Position numbers and translations under genes: made by a program | Assembly: GCF_036321535.1 (NCBI RefSeq) | Contig: NC_087437.1 | Span: forward strand, 22,570,001-22,634,000 | DNA: 64,000 bases | Direction of reading: 5' to 3' | Origin: Camelus dromedarius | Taxonomy: Eukaryota | The notes under the pieces: model-generated | The model's database searches: none | Told to the model about the DNA's origin: nothing | Seen by the model: only the letters and a program-made list of their open reading frames with translations | In this document: positions 12,771 to 25,980 of the stretch, piece after piece | How positions within the stretch are numbered: position 1 is the first letter of the stretch | Layout: every line of letters begins with the position of its first letter

Positions 12771-14375
12771 CTCTGCGTAACACTTGAATTGCCAAAGCTG
12801 GGACACATGAGATTTTGGCTAGAATGGCAAGTGTCTGGTGCCTAGAAAGGCAGGGATACTTGCCATGGTGGGAAAAACATTTTATTAAGACATGAAACGC
12901 CGGGTAGGGGAGTAGAAAAGGCGCTGCCAGTAATAACCACCTATTGACCTGAGATATTAAATGGACTGTTTCAAATGCCCCACAGGCTAGTGCTCAACAG
13001 CATCAACATTCATTCTTGGAGTTTGCCTTTTTAATGGAAAACCACTGTGAATGGTGGTGCTAAAAGCGGAAGGGCCAAACCTTTCCTTGGTTGTAGCTGC
13101 ATTATTCTTTCCCAAGCTCATTTGTGCTTTAGTGGTTCTGCTTTGCTTGGCCTTTTATAACTTGGCAGCCCAGGAAGTAAAAATGAGGGACTCAGCAGAT
13201 TTTTAAACATTTTTACTCCAGAAGTTCCTTTAACACTGTTATTTCTTGAACAAAGATTCCTGATGTTCTAATTAATTGTTCTTGGTGTTTCTTTAAAAAC
13301 ATCCTTCAGCATTTGTGAATCTGCCTTGGCTTTTGCTCTTAATCTGCACTTTGTGGTATTTTCCCTTAATGCGGGAAAGGCACTTCTCAGTAGCCAGGTG
13401 AAATAGAAGTTTATTTGGAGACTTTTGCTTGCAAGTTGCTGAATTCAGTGATAACTTTGGGGTGGCAGTCTTAAGAAATGTCAGCTGGCAGGAAAAAGAG
13501 TAGCACTGCCCTGCTGTTTCCTACTCCCCTCTGTGAGAGCTGACTTTTAAAAATCCTTTATGACTTCACAATACATTTTCAAATGCATTTGAAGTAATTA
13601 ACACCCTGAATTGAATCCTGTTGTCACATTTAATTATCAGATAGCTGCTTTCCTTTGGGGTATTTGACAGTTGCCCAAAATGTTGGTCTTAATCTAAAGC
13701 CAAGAAGAGACCTCAGACATAGCGAAAGGCACCACAGTGGCATTTATTAAATACAAATGTGTCACAGGGGGAGGTGAGGAAAGAGCACTCGTTCTCATCT
13801 CAAGAAGAAAATTCTTCCAGGAAGAAGGGAAAATTACATTAGCTCTTAGCTGAAACTCCATCAGTTTTACTTGTCACGTGATGATTTGAAAACGTGTGTT
13901 TCTATAATGCATTACATTTGCACTGATAAATAAAGAGTATTCTGATTCAACTTCTATCTCCAATTTGCCAAACTTGCTACAAATATAATGGTTTCTGCTA
14001 GTCTATTATCTGGAAAATGACTTAAGGGAAAAAAATTAAATGATATTGATTAGAAATGAAGAAAGCTTATTTATATGCATTTTAGGAACCCTAAGTGAAT
14101 CAGCTAAATATATGCACCGAGAAAAAAAAAAAAAAACAGTACCCTCTGAGTAGTATCTTGCAATAGGCTAGAAACATGAAACTTATTACTAGTGTTGAAA
14201 TTAAGTTCCTAATGAATTGTACCCATTATTGGAGATTTTCTTTGGTAACAATTCCTTAAAAAGCTAGAAATTGCCTGTATCTCTATGCCATAAGAGAAAA
14301 GTCACTAGGAATTATCACCAAACAGAAGCATATTTCACATGGTGGAAGAAGCACAGGCCAAGGTCTGGTACTTAC

Positions 14376-14481
14376 TATGTAAGGACTATGGCGACTGCAT
14401 CATTCAGCACACTCTCCCCAAACAATAGTGTGTACAGGTCGGGGTCAACATGCAGTTCATGGAAAATGGCCAGCACCGTCA
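14376..14481 (-). CDS. SLC9A9: SLC9A9/NHE9 internal coding exon (106 bp; probably equivalent to human exon 6)
   Basis: The minus strand reads gtttcttccccag|TG ACG GTG CTG GCC ATT TTC CAT...GTC CTT ACA TA|gtaagt. Translation is (V)[34 protein letters not shown](Y), which contains the CPA1 GESxxND motif. The phase-1 junction G|TG matches the upstream exon. This exon is not in the ORF track. Confidence 0.96.
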
Positions 14482-14638
14482 CTGGGGAAGAAACACACAC
14501 AAATATGCAGCGTTAGCTGGATATAGCCATTGACTTGTCCTTGGTTGTGGTCACCTGTATAAGGTACTCAGTAAATGCTTGTCTTCTCAAATCCATCTCT
14601 AAAAACAAACCAGAGCTTTCATCAGAAAACAATCTTGT

Positions 14639-14791
14639 GGGGGAGGGGATAACTCAAGAGGTAGAGCACGTGCCTAACATGAACAAGGTCCTGGGTTCAA
14701 TCCCCAGTACCTCCTCCAAATATAAACAAATAAATAAACCTAACTACCCACCCTCTCCCCGCCAAACACACAAACACACACACACACACAC
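14639..14791 (+). mobile_element. Vic-1-like SINE with (CA)n tail
   Basis: ggggaggggataactcaagaggtagagcacgtgcctaacatg...ggttcaatccccagtacctcc, with a short aaacaatc direct repeat on both flanks. It lies about 160 bp from the exon acceptor at 14482. Confidence 0.85.
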
Positions 14792-15829
14792 AAACAATCC
14801 AATCTGGCATCCCCTTCCTTAGAGATTTCTCTGGACTCCCACTGCTTACCGAGAAAGTTTGAACTCCTTGGTACAAGTCTTGTATAATCTGCACTGTGTT
14901 TACCTTCCAGCATCTCCATCTGCACCGCCTGCTCACCCTTTGCTGCCTCCCTCAAGCCATACTGATTTGCCACAATTTCCCAAACACATTGTGTCCTTTG
15001 TAAATTATTTTTGCATTTTGGTTCACTTTACCAGAGCAGATATTTCTTTCCCATTCAAGTGCTACCATTCCCTTCCTTCCTTAAATACATAAACACACAT
15101 ACACACTTCTTGCTACAAAAAAATTTTATTCAATCTTTAAAAGCCTTTCAAGGGTCCCCCCAGCCCCCTGATCCTTCAGCAGTGACCCAGTTCACTCCTT
15201 TTTGATCCCAGATGTGGCGAAAATAAGAGAAATTATCACAGAAGAAACTGTGAGCACTTGTCAAATGCTCAATAAATATTTGATGCACGAATGACTAAGT
15301 GACTGACTGAATGAATGGTGTCGCAGTGGCTGACTCCTGTGGAAGGAGAGGCGGTGGCACCTGGCTCTCATTCTCTCGTGATCACATTCATCCATAAAGA
15401 TGGAGTCAATGTTCCTAAGAGCAGGACCTCAGGATTCGTATTTGGCAGCCTGCTGCCTGGCTACTATATATCAAATACTTGTATGCAGCTGCCAGGAGTT
15501 CATCAGGGCAGTAAATAATCACACTCGGATTAACTGTGTTCATCAAAACTATTCAGTGTCTTGATATTTGAAAAAGTTATGCAAAGTGTGAACAGCCATC
15601 ATTAGGAAAATGATCCACTGAGCTGATTGCCAAAGGGGGAGAAGAGGGTGGTTGAAAATGATACTGATGGTAAATTTTTAAGGCAGAGTGGGCATTTTCA
15701 TTTCTGTTCTTTCCTTTGCTATTGGACTGTGAGGTTAGTAACTGTGTTGTATAAAAGCATGCTGAGGGAGAAAAAGCTGAGTTGAAATGTTTCATAAGTA
15801 GGGTCAAGAACTTTGGCTCTTGTCCTGCC

Positions 15830-16620
15830 ATAATGGAAGGGTTTTAGTCAGAGAGTGACACAATCTGCACTTTGGAAATAAAGTGCAGGCAGCAGGACAG
15901 AGGGCAGAATGGACATGTGGCTGGAGGCTTTCCCAAATGTTCTGGCAAGAGATGAGCTGTACCAAGACAGGAAGAATCCTAGATTCAGGCTCTTAAACTC
16001 TTGCACATCCTGCTCTGCCCTGAACAGCCACCACCATGGGTTCTGACAGGTCAGTCACCACAGTGCTTTGTACTTCACTTATTCATTGTTTCTCATCTTC
16101 CCTGTGTATCACTAGCCCTTAGCACAGTGCTAGAATACAGTAAGCTTTTAGTGGGTGAATGCACAAAAGATAATGTCAGAGAGGATACAGCAGAGGTGAC
16201 AGCACCCACAACATATTTGGGATGAAGAACTGGTGGGTCTTGGTGCCTGAGAGACAGCAAGGAGTGACCTGGGTTTCAATCCTGGGCAGCTGGTAGATGA
16301 GCTGCATAAGAGAAATTAGTTTGTAGACAGGAGAATTTTGTACGTTTGGTTTTTGACATGTTGACTTAAATAGCCAGGTGGAATTTCAAGTGGAAACTTC
16401 AGTAAAAAAGCTGAAAATAAAAGGCTGAACTACACAGAGTCAAAGCAGAAGAAAGATTTTAGGGGTTATAAGCATATAGATGGAACATAAAGCCACAAGA
16501 GTGGCTGAGATTGCCTAGACAAAGTATATAGAAAGAGAAGAGAGTTCATGAGAGATCCCTGGGGGACACTTACAGCTGAGGGGTAAGTGGAGAAAAAGAA
16601 GCATGAAATATACATGTGGT
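15830..16620. mobile_element. L2 LINE fragments
   Basis: L2 3'-end motif tatcactagcccttagcacagtgctagaatacagtaag and antisense L2 motifs (tttgacatgttgac..., gagtggctgagattgcctag). Confidence 0.5.
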
Positions 16621-18830
16621 ATATTTGCCAAACCTGACCCTAAGCATGAACAAGTCGGCTGAAAACCATATCCATCATGAGTAGATTTTTATTTACTAAA
16701 AACTATCTTAGGGAAAGGAGTATTGAACTCAACAACTAGCTTTGGGGTAAAGAGACAACAGATAGAAAATGTCATGAATCGGCATGATAATTAGCTAAAT
16801 CCCATTTTACTAGGCATAGAGTCAATTTCATTATTCTAGCTGAGCAGATCCTTAATCGTGACAGGCAGGACGGCAGAGATGTATTCTCTACCAGTGTGTG
16901 GCTGTTCACATTTGCCACCACCCTTGGCCTTTGCAGGTGGTGGTGGGAAGGGGCTAACAATTACCTCTGCTAAGTAACTTCTTTCTGCTGCTAGGATAGA
17001 GTCAAGACCCTGCATCTAATCAAAACAAAGAGGCTTCATCTGGGGTTTCTAATGAATAGCATTTTCCTTTTGCTAGGATCTTGTGGAATAAAAATAAAGC
17101 TATTCTTAAATTAGAAAATTCTATCATAGAAGCTCTATTGAATATTGACTTTAATCTCTGCAGTTGTTTATTTGTATTTCCAACCTTTGACAATGACTTG
17201 CAGCTTGTCTGCACTCCCAGATGGGTTTCCTAGGCTCACAAGTAGGGAAGTTAGGTCCTGGGTTTCTCTCCCCACTTCCCTATGTACAAAGTCCACCCTG
17301 TGCTGGAACGGACTTTGCATCTTTCCATTGAGAGCTGTGGACCTTTGGAGGCTTTTAATTGAATATCCAGTTTTGTTCAAAACTGTTCTGACATTCCCAC
17401 AATTCCTCCTGCACGAAGAACTGAGCTCCACTTCATAAACGCTGTCCCACACGAAAGAGAAAGCTATTGCTCGTGCATTCCTAACTACCCTGTGAAGAAA
17501 TGGGACAGCTTCGAAATAAAGCCAGGCAGTGTGTCCTACAAGAGGAAGTATTTGCTGGGACCACAAATGAGTTGAATAGGTGAGTCAGGAAATTAGCCAC
17601 CCACTTTTGCTGCTAAGCATAGAGCTTTTTAAAAAACTCATTTAATTAGCTCGTTGGCAGGACTCAGTCTCACACACAATGTCCAAAACTCTCTGTGGCA
17701 CCTTCCCAGGAGAGAACCTCTTGGAAGAGCTGTGGACATGCTCACATTGGCTCTGACCGCACCTTACTAGGTTTATAAGGACAACCCGGGCCCAAGGCTG
17801 GGCAGAAAAGCAATGCATGTTTAGGTGAGCCTTCTGTGACAGTGTAAAGGGAACACTCTAGACACCAGCTGGGTAGGAAGGGATGAAGACATAATCCAAC
17901 TTCTTAAACCTCTGATTTCTATCAGGAGATTTAGTCATTTTTGCCTTTGTCGTACTTTAGTTGTACTCATCACTTACGGGCAGGTTCTAATGCTCCGCTT
18001 GGGGCTCCTCCTCCACACACCCTCTTCCCACCTGACTTTGTAGCTAGAGAAAAACCCACTTTGTCTCCCAAGTTGGTAGTAAGGGATACAAGCGCATATA
18101 TGACCTCATGCTCAAGGAGATGAACACACATACACACACAACTACCCCCAGGTAAGAGTAGTGGATGATTGAGAGATGCCATTGAATCACTGGAGATATC
18201 TGAGAAAATAGTTTCAGCAGCCAAACAGCAAGGAGTGATAGGGGATGGATGGGGCAGTGGTGAGGATGGCACTTCTGAGAAGCTGGTGATAAAAGGAAGC
18301 CTATGGAGTATAAAGCCAAGCAAGGCTTTCTCTTCAATTACTAATTTACAGATTGAGCAGAATAAGTGGAAAGAGAAGTTGAAGACAGAGGGGACAGAAG
18401 GGAAACTGTTGGATCAAGGTCCAGAGAAGGCAGAGAACAACCAAGGGGCTGAAGTGAGGTTGTCTTCTCAATAAAGCAAGATCATTTGCTGGAAGCCAGG
18501 GGAGCAGGGCATGAGTTAGAGGCTAGAGGATTTTTAAAAATGTCCAGATCAGCTGGGGGCGGATGAAGTCAAGTTTTATGAAAAATTGTTAAGGTCAATT
18601 ATAGGCTAATTCTCATTCTTCTAGAGAAAAACCCTAAGAGTGAAGTAATACGATATTTTGATAAATTTTTTCATCATATCAGGAGTCTTATCCCCAGTTA
18701 CAACCCTATTACAGCATCAAAACATTTTCCCATCTCAAATGTAATAACCATATCTGGAAATAAAAATTTAGATAATGACTGCTTAACCCCATCAGTATCT
18801 CAATGTGTTGACTCTTAAACAATCAGTCTG

Positions 18831-18875
18831 CCTTTCTTTCTTTCTTTCCCTTCCTTTCTTTTTCTTTCTTTTTTC

Positions 18876-18946
<71 letters not shown>

Positions 18947-19138
18947 TTTCTTTTCTTTCCCTTCCTTTCTTTTTCTTTCTTTCTTTCTTTCTTTCTCTTT
19001 CTTTCTTTCTTTCTTTCTTTTTCTTTTCTTTCTTTCTTTCTTTCCTTCTTTCTTTCTTTTTCTTTGTTTCTTTCTTTCTCTTTCTTTCTCTCTTTCTTTC
19101 TCTCTTTCTTTCTTTCTTTCTTTTTCTTTTCTTTCTTT

Positions 19139-19186
<48 letters not shown>

Positions 19187-19226
19187 TCCTTCCTTCCTTC
19201 CTTCCTTCCTTTCTTTCTTTTTCTTT

Positions 19227-19274
<48 letters not shown>

Positions 19275-19326
19275 TTTCTTTCTCTTTCTTTCTCTTTCTT
19301 TCTCTCTTTCTCTTTCTCTCTTTCTC

Positions 19327-19414
<88 letters not shown>

Positions 19415-19462
19415 TCCTTCCTTCCTTCCTTCCTTCCTTCCTTCCTTCCTTCCTTCTTTTCC
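18831..19462. repeat. 632-bp compound (CTTT)n/(CCTT)n homopyrimidine tract
   Basis: Only C and T from 18831 to 19462, except one G at 19066. Confidence 0.98.
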
Positions 19463-20462
19463 AATGCCAGCTTTTGAACTGACCACTTTCCTAATGCTTT
19501 TTCAGTCATTTCTAAGTCTTCAGGGTGATTTAGTGATAGTTCCTTCCCTAGAATCTCCATTAGCAGCTCTCTGACTCATTTTTTTTTTAGTGTTTCACAA
19601 GGAATTTAAATTTCAAATGATATTTTAATGCAGTAGCTCTCAGCAACCTGGCACAAGACCTGCCTGGGTCTGTGGACAACACCACACAGTAGTTCCCACC
19701 CCTGTTGCTCTAAGTCGTCACTCAGCCTTGTCAAAACGCTGGCTCTCCCTGGAGAGCTCACTGTGGTTTTGCTCTCTGTGGTTGCAAATCAGTAATGTCT
19801 GACATTTGTTCCTGACACGTGGAGAATCAAAAATGTCTCCGGCTTGTGCAGCTGAACCATGTCAGTCCTGACAGGTGAGGAAGCTGGTAGTCTTACAGAT
19901 GAGGTAGCATTTTTCCATTTCCAAAAAGTGATTATGAGGAAAATGTAGGTTTCTTTTTCCCTCCTGTAATTCCTGTACAGGAAATTCTCCAGTACCTTTT
20001 TCCACTTTTCTGAAATATTGTATGTAGTGAGATTTCAAGGAAAGGCTTCCAAAAAATTGAGGTATCCTAGGACAGGCTGGAATACTGGAATTATTCTGAG
20101 CCCAAACCTTCCCAGTGAAGACTTGGCAGCAGAATCAGTGCCTGTTGGTTTTGCTGGTCAAGCTTTGCCAGTCATGTTCTAGAAATACAACTAGAAAACC
20201 TAACCCTTCTGAAGTAGGTCAGAGAACAATGCCAAATCTAGAAAGCTAACCACTAGATGTTACTTCACTGAGGTCATTCTAAATTAGAAGTTATACAAAC
20301 CATCATGAATGATTTAGCCCTAAAACACTACAATTTTATTTTGGCCATCAATATATCATTTTGGTACAGAATTAGAAATAGAGAAAATATTATAGGCAAG
20401 CACACGATTGCAGACCTCTTCACCGAGAATCCTTGGGAGAAACCAGCCCTAATGCCCCAGGG

Positions 20463-21006
20463 CAATGGTTTCAAAGTATGGCCCAGGGACCCCCAGGAGC
20501 TCCTGAGACCTACCCAGGAAGATTCCCAAGGTCAAAACCATTTTCAGAATGAAATGACAATGTTACTTGCATTTTTCATTCTTATTATTTCTTCTGTGTA
20601 CAGTGGAATTTTCCAGAGGCGATGTGATGTGATGTGTGCTAGTGCAGCTGAATGCAGAAGCAGATGTGAGAATCCAGCTGTCTTCTACTCCACCACACAT
20701 TAAGGAGATTTGCAAAGGTGTAGAACAATATCTCTCTTCTCAGCAAGTTTTTTTTGTTTGTTTTGGAAATGAATTTATTTTTTATAAAAATATGTCATTT
20801 AACATGTAAAGGGTGTATGTTTGTTATTTTAAATAGATCATTAAAAATATGTTAAAATGTTTTAAAGTTCTAATATGGTAAATATTGATAGACATAAATA
20901 CTGATATAACACCCATAAGCATAAAACTCCTTGAGGTGTTTCTTATTTTGAAGAATTGTGGTTTGTGACACCAAAAGGGACTATGACACCAAAACGCTTG
21001 AGAACT
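20463..21006 (+). mobile_element. hAT-Charlie non-autonomous element (Charlie4a-like)
   Basis: Starts caatggtttcaaagtatggcccagggacccc and contains gaatgcagaagcagatgtgagaatccagctgtcttcta. Ends ...cttgagaact. Confidence 0.75.
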
Positions 21007-22385
21007 AAATGCATTTATTGTGTGTAATGAATTAACTTACATGCTACACATCCAGCTAAGCATCATCTTTGAGAGAAAAGGGAAAACAGTTCCTCACATA
21101 ATTTTCTGTAGAGTTTAGTTCTCCTGTTGGATTCCTGTTGAGAAAGGCTCCCTAGATCTTAACATCTCTTGCCACACAATAACCAGCTGATTCTTTTGGC
21201 ATACAGGTACAGGTACAGGGTTTCTAATTACTCTTATATAAGGAAAATTATTCTTTTCACATTAATTCCACCGTATTTCTGTGAACTAGTATTTGTGTTT
21301 GTTTAAGTCCTTTTTTGGAATGTAAGTGCTTTGTAGGAAGAGATTATTTCCTCAGTACATGAGTGCATAATAAAAACACTGACAATCACACATCCTTTTC
21401 TTGATTTCAAACATGGCTGAATGGTGTTCTAGAACAATCTACTTCCTCTTTTACTGTAAGGCCAGAAGTACAGTCCTTAGTAGCTACTGAGAATATAAAA
21501 AAGATAATCTGAAGATCACGAGGTTTGGCATTAAGAAAAGAAAAATAAATAAGATATATAAAGATTAAAAAGAGAGAAATCTGAGAATAAATACCAGGGT
21601 AGGAGGGAGATGTTTTCCAGATCCCGAATTTGGGAATTTATGAGCGGAGATCTGTTGGCACTTTAGCTAATGCTTCAAAAATTTCCCCAAAGGTATCTAC
21701 AGCAGAAATGTTCTAAATTTAACATTAGCACAGAACATAAACATTTAACAAAGGCTCAGTTTTCTCACCAATGGGGTTTAATGAGCCATGGTGCAGTTTA
21801 ATGGGGAATCTTTGCTGTGTGCTCAGTATCTGAGTGAAGATGACTCACCCTGTCCTACAAGGATTCTCCAATCAGGATTATGACCTAAGCATTTTGCCAT
21901 TTAAAAAATGAATGAGGTAGGCAGGGGTTTGCCTACAAATCATGAAATAAGTTCAGAGAAAAGCTCAGTGGAGCCATAAAGCAGACAAAATTTGGATGGG
22001 TCAACAATCAAAGGTAAAAACATCACTGTGACCCATTAAATGTAATAATTGTAAGGAAAGAGATGATGGTATTAGTCATGATCATGGGACACATAACTAT
22101 ATTTCACAACTAAATTTTTCTCTTGCAATAAAAAGATATGAAACAAGCAGATATCTTATACCATCATTTCCCCAACCTGTGGATCCAGACCCTGAGGGAC
22201 ATTACAGAAAGGTTTCAGAGTAGAGCGTGCATATTCCTGTATTTTAAGAAGATTAGCAAAGCTGCTAAGGGTAAACAAGAGTAATACTGAGAAGAGTCAA
22301 CACCGGGCCTGTGTGAGAGAAAGGGGGAAAGAGGCAGTAGGAGAGGGGTCATATCATGAGTCCAATCATTCCTGTTATCACTCTG

Positions 22386-23031
22386 TGTGGTAGGCTGAAT
22401 GACCTCCCCACAGATGTCCTGGCATTAACCCCTGGAACCTGTGCATATGTAACTGTACATGGCAAAGGGGACTTTGCAGATGTAAGTAAGATTCCCTTAA
22501 AATGGGAAGAATTTTTTTTTTTATTTGGGTGGGTCCAACCTGATCACACAAACCCTTAAAAACAGACAAATTTCTTTGCCTGGAGTCAGAGATGCAGCTG
22601 AAGAGAAGGCAAGAAGAAAGACTTTAAAAAAGGGAAGACAGGGAGATTCCATGTGTGAGAAGGAGTACACACACCATTGCTGACTCTGGGATGAAGGGGT
22701 TCACCTGCAAGGGCCAGAGAGATACTTCAGGAAGCTAAGGTAGTCCTAGCTTTCAGCCAGCAAGGAAACAGGTACCTCAATCCTACAATGGCAAGGAACT
22801 GGATTCTGTCAAAAAACTGAATGAGCCTGGGAGGGGATTCTTCCTAGAGCTTCTCAGTAAGAGCTCAGCTAGTCAATATCTTGATTTTGGCCTTGTGAGA
22901 CCCAGAGTAGAGAACCCAGTTGAGCCAGCCTGGACTACTGATCTACACAACTGTAAAACAATAAATTTGTGTTGTCTTAAGCTGCAATGTTTCTGGATAA
23001 TTTGTTACAGCAGCCGTGGCAAACAAATATA
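22386..23031 (+). mobile_element. MaLR solo LTR (MLT1D/E-like)
   Basis: TGtggtaggctgaat...ggcaaaggggactttgcagatgt...aataaatttgtgttgtcttaagc...tttgttacagcagc. 5-bp TSD ctctg at 22381-22385 and 23032-23036. Confidence 0.85.
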
Positions 23032-25737
23032 CTCTGCTCACCTCTCACAATAGAAACTACAAAATGATGGGCAGGCTAAGCCCCCAGGCCTTTGATTTTG
23101 CAAAACATGAGTTACTGAGTGGGAATGAGGCCAGAATGGTCCCTCAGTCCTCCCTGCCCTCTACCCTACCTCTGATAGAAAAGAAGTCACTTAGACAAAT
23201 TCATGTCTTATCTCATGCTTAGCAAAGAAAGCCTGAACCAATGAGAAGGCTGTGGGTTTGTGAATATGTGTGCCTACGGAGCCCTCCTTGCTGATTAATT
23301 ATCCATGTGTGTCCCCTTCAGTACGATCATCACACACAACCGATCACTCATATACTCAGAATGTATTATTTTATAGCTTAAGAAATCAGTTTATTTTCCA
23401 GTGTTTATCTGGCCTACATTATTGAGCTCAATCACTATGGAGGATTAGTGCTGAGAGAGGGAATGATGATGTCCAAACCAGGATGGAAGGTTAGCACCGC
23501 TGGGCAAGCCAAGCTTGAGGAGGGCAAGCCAAAAGTCACAAAGCAGCTCTTGTGATAAAAGCAAGCAGTGACATTTTCATTTTTCTTCTTTGAACCTTTT
23601 TTTTTTGTATTTTATAAATGTTCTACAATAAGCATGCACTATTTTTAGAATAAGAAAGAACAAAAAGCCATTCTAGACACTGGCAAAATTAGTAAGAAGA
23701 TAGAGTATGGAATGCAGAGTCTCTTTCCATGGCCTAGGATGCCATATGTGAGGCCTCCTCTTCTCCTCCCTTCCTCTCAGAACTTTCTCGCCAGGCTTCC
23801 AGACTGTTGAGCTCGCTATGTGACATGACTCTGCGGACCCTTCTTGTCTCTCCAAGTGCCCTCCTCCTTTGTGTTGGGAAGACCAACTTCTCCTAGTTTC
23901 CCTTCAACCCCTCTAGCCTCTCTTTCTCTCTCCCCTTTGTAAACCCATCCTTTTGATACAGATGTTGCTCAGGAACTCCTCCTCAGTTCCCTTCTCCCTG
24001 GGCAAACTCATCCACACTCAGTAATCCCAGTCTCCAGTCTATCCCTTCCTCTCCTTCAGCTACAGACTCCCATGTCTAGCCTTTGCCAAGACAACTCCAC
24101 CTGGAGTTCTTCTACTGGAACAAATACATATTAAACATCACTGCATGCCTGGCACTTGGTATGGACGTACCATAGATTTTCTATCCCCTAACTACCTCAT
24201 CAATCTGCTGCTCTCGCTCTTGAATTGGTAAGAAATGGCATCCTGACCTACCGAGAAACTTTTTGTTTGTATTATAAAAATGTGATTTATCTTATTTACA
24301 ATGGAGAAACCTCTGGCATTGTAGGATATAATATCAAGATACAAGCCACAATTTGCAATTCAGTAGTTTATAAGGTCAGTCAAGAAAAGAAAAAGAAACC
24401 AGTTCCAGAAGTGCTATATACATCAGATACTGCATTATGAACTAGTGTTGTCATATCTGAAATTTTAGCCCTCTACAGTAATCCTTTCTGAACTGGAAAA
24501 TAATATAAGAATGCAGAAGTTCAGTTGCAGATTAATGTTTTTTTCTTATGCGAAAGCAGTATTAAAAAGAACCCCCCCCCCACCCCTGCCCAAGAAATAG
24601 CCCACAAGCATCTCAACTTTTCTTTGAATTGGTCCTCTTAGATAAATAATTGGTCATCACTGGTATTGGTTGTTCATCTGTGTATGCGTTGATACCTTTG
24701 ATAATTTCTGGCAAGCAGCAGTCAATTAATTCTGTTGATTCAGTGAGTGAAGGAATGAATGAAACTTGAAGGTCACATGCCATGTGTCTAACTCCTTGAG
24801 GATCAGACCAGCCCCTGCCACTCTTGTGTTCTCCCATTGTGATCAATGACTTCTTTGCCCACTCACTGACCTGACAGCACTTGCCATAAAAAGCTATCTC
24901 CATTTCAGGTCAAAATAATACATTGAACAGTACAATGTTTTTTATCTGTTGTACCCAGGTAAGAGGTCAGTCTCTTCCCTTTCTTGGCTGTGTTTTAGAA
25001 GGAGGGAAGCCACTTCTCAAGGAATCCTAACCCCAGGGGCCTCTGTGGAGCTTTGTAGAGCAAGGGGACTCAATCCAGACTGCTGCTCAACCTCCTGGCT
25101 CCCGGGGCTTCTTGCCCTCAGGAAGTCCCCGCTTTCAGGTTGTGTAAGTGCTGACTGCACTTACACGACTTTGAGAGTGAGTGCTGCCTTCAATATGACT
25201 CACTAGTTGCCTCACTGCCCCATGGTTTTGCCCTCAGTCAGCTAAGCTGAGCCCTCAAGGGAACCAGCCTCCTGTCCAAGGAAACACTCTAACAAATTTC
25301 TGAATCCAATTTACCACAATATGAAACACAAAAATGGAACGTGTGGGCTGGACACTGACTTTCAAAACTTCTGTCCTGCAGGTCTGTCTTTGAGCACTGC
25401 TGAGAATGAACTGCTTTCATTTAAACAGAGCCATTCTGTTCCCCAAAGCAGTGAGCCAGAGAGGTCTGTCAGCCACAGCTGTTTCCCAGCTGTCCACAGA
25501 GCTGTTCAATTGCTTCAAATGGTTTTTCAGTGTGTTCTTGAAATCCCATCCTCAGAACACCTGGAGACTTGCTTTATCCACTTTCAATATCCCGAGGCAT
25601 TTATATAGTTGGTTGTCATCCATTATCTGCTCTAATTCTGTTCTAGGGAGCTGACTTCCCATAACTGGGCTTCTGATTTCTGAAGGAAGACCTTTGTGCC
25701 AAGACCCTGCTAATCACAACTCTGTTTTGAAGTAAGA

Positions 25738-25980
25738 TAATGGTTAGGAACTTAACTCTGATGTCACACCAACCTGTGTTCAGATCTCAACTGCAATGCA
25801 AATGAACTTGGTGATCTTGAGCCAGCTACTTAACCTCACTAAGCTTTCAGGAAGCTTCATTGGCAAAAGGGAGATAAAAATATTCCCTCCTTCATAGGTT
25901 TTTGGGAAATGATTAAGTGGGATAATTTATGTAAAGTGTCTGGCATATTGTAGTTCAATTAATGGTGGTTACTATTAATG
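25738..25980 (+). mobile_element. MIR SINE
   Basis: tggttaggaacttaactctg...gtgatcttgagccagctacttaacctcactaagc...gtaaagtgtctggcatattgtagttcaattaatgg. Confidence 0.7.

Noticed and set aside
14271..14516. 81-aa plus-strand ORF
   Set aside because: It lies antisense to the SLC9A9 exon and has no recognisable protein features.
18805..19560. Four long ORFs (137-245 aa, F/L/S-rich or K/E/R-rich)
   Set aside because: These are translations of the CTTT/GAAA tract, which cannot contain stop codons.
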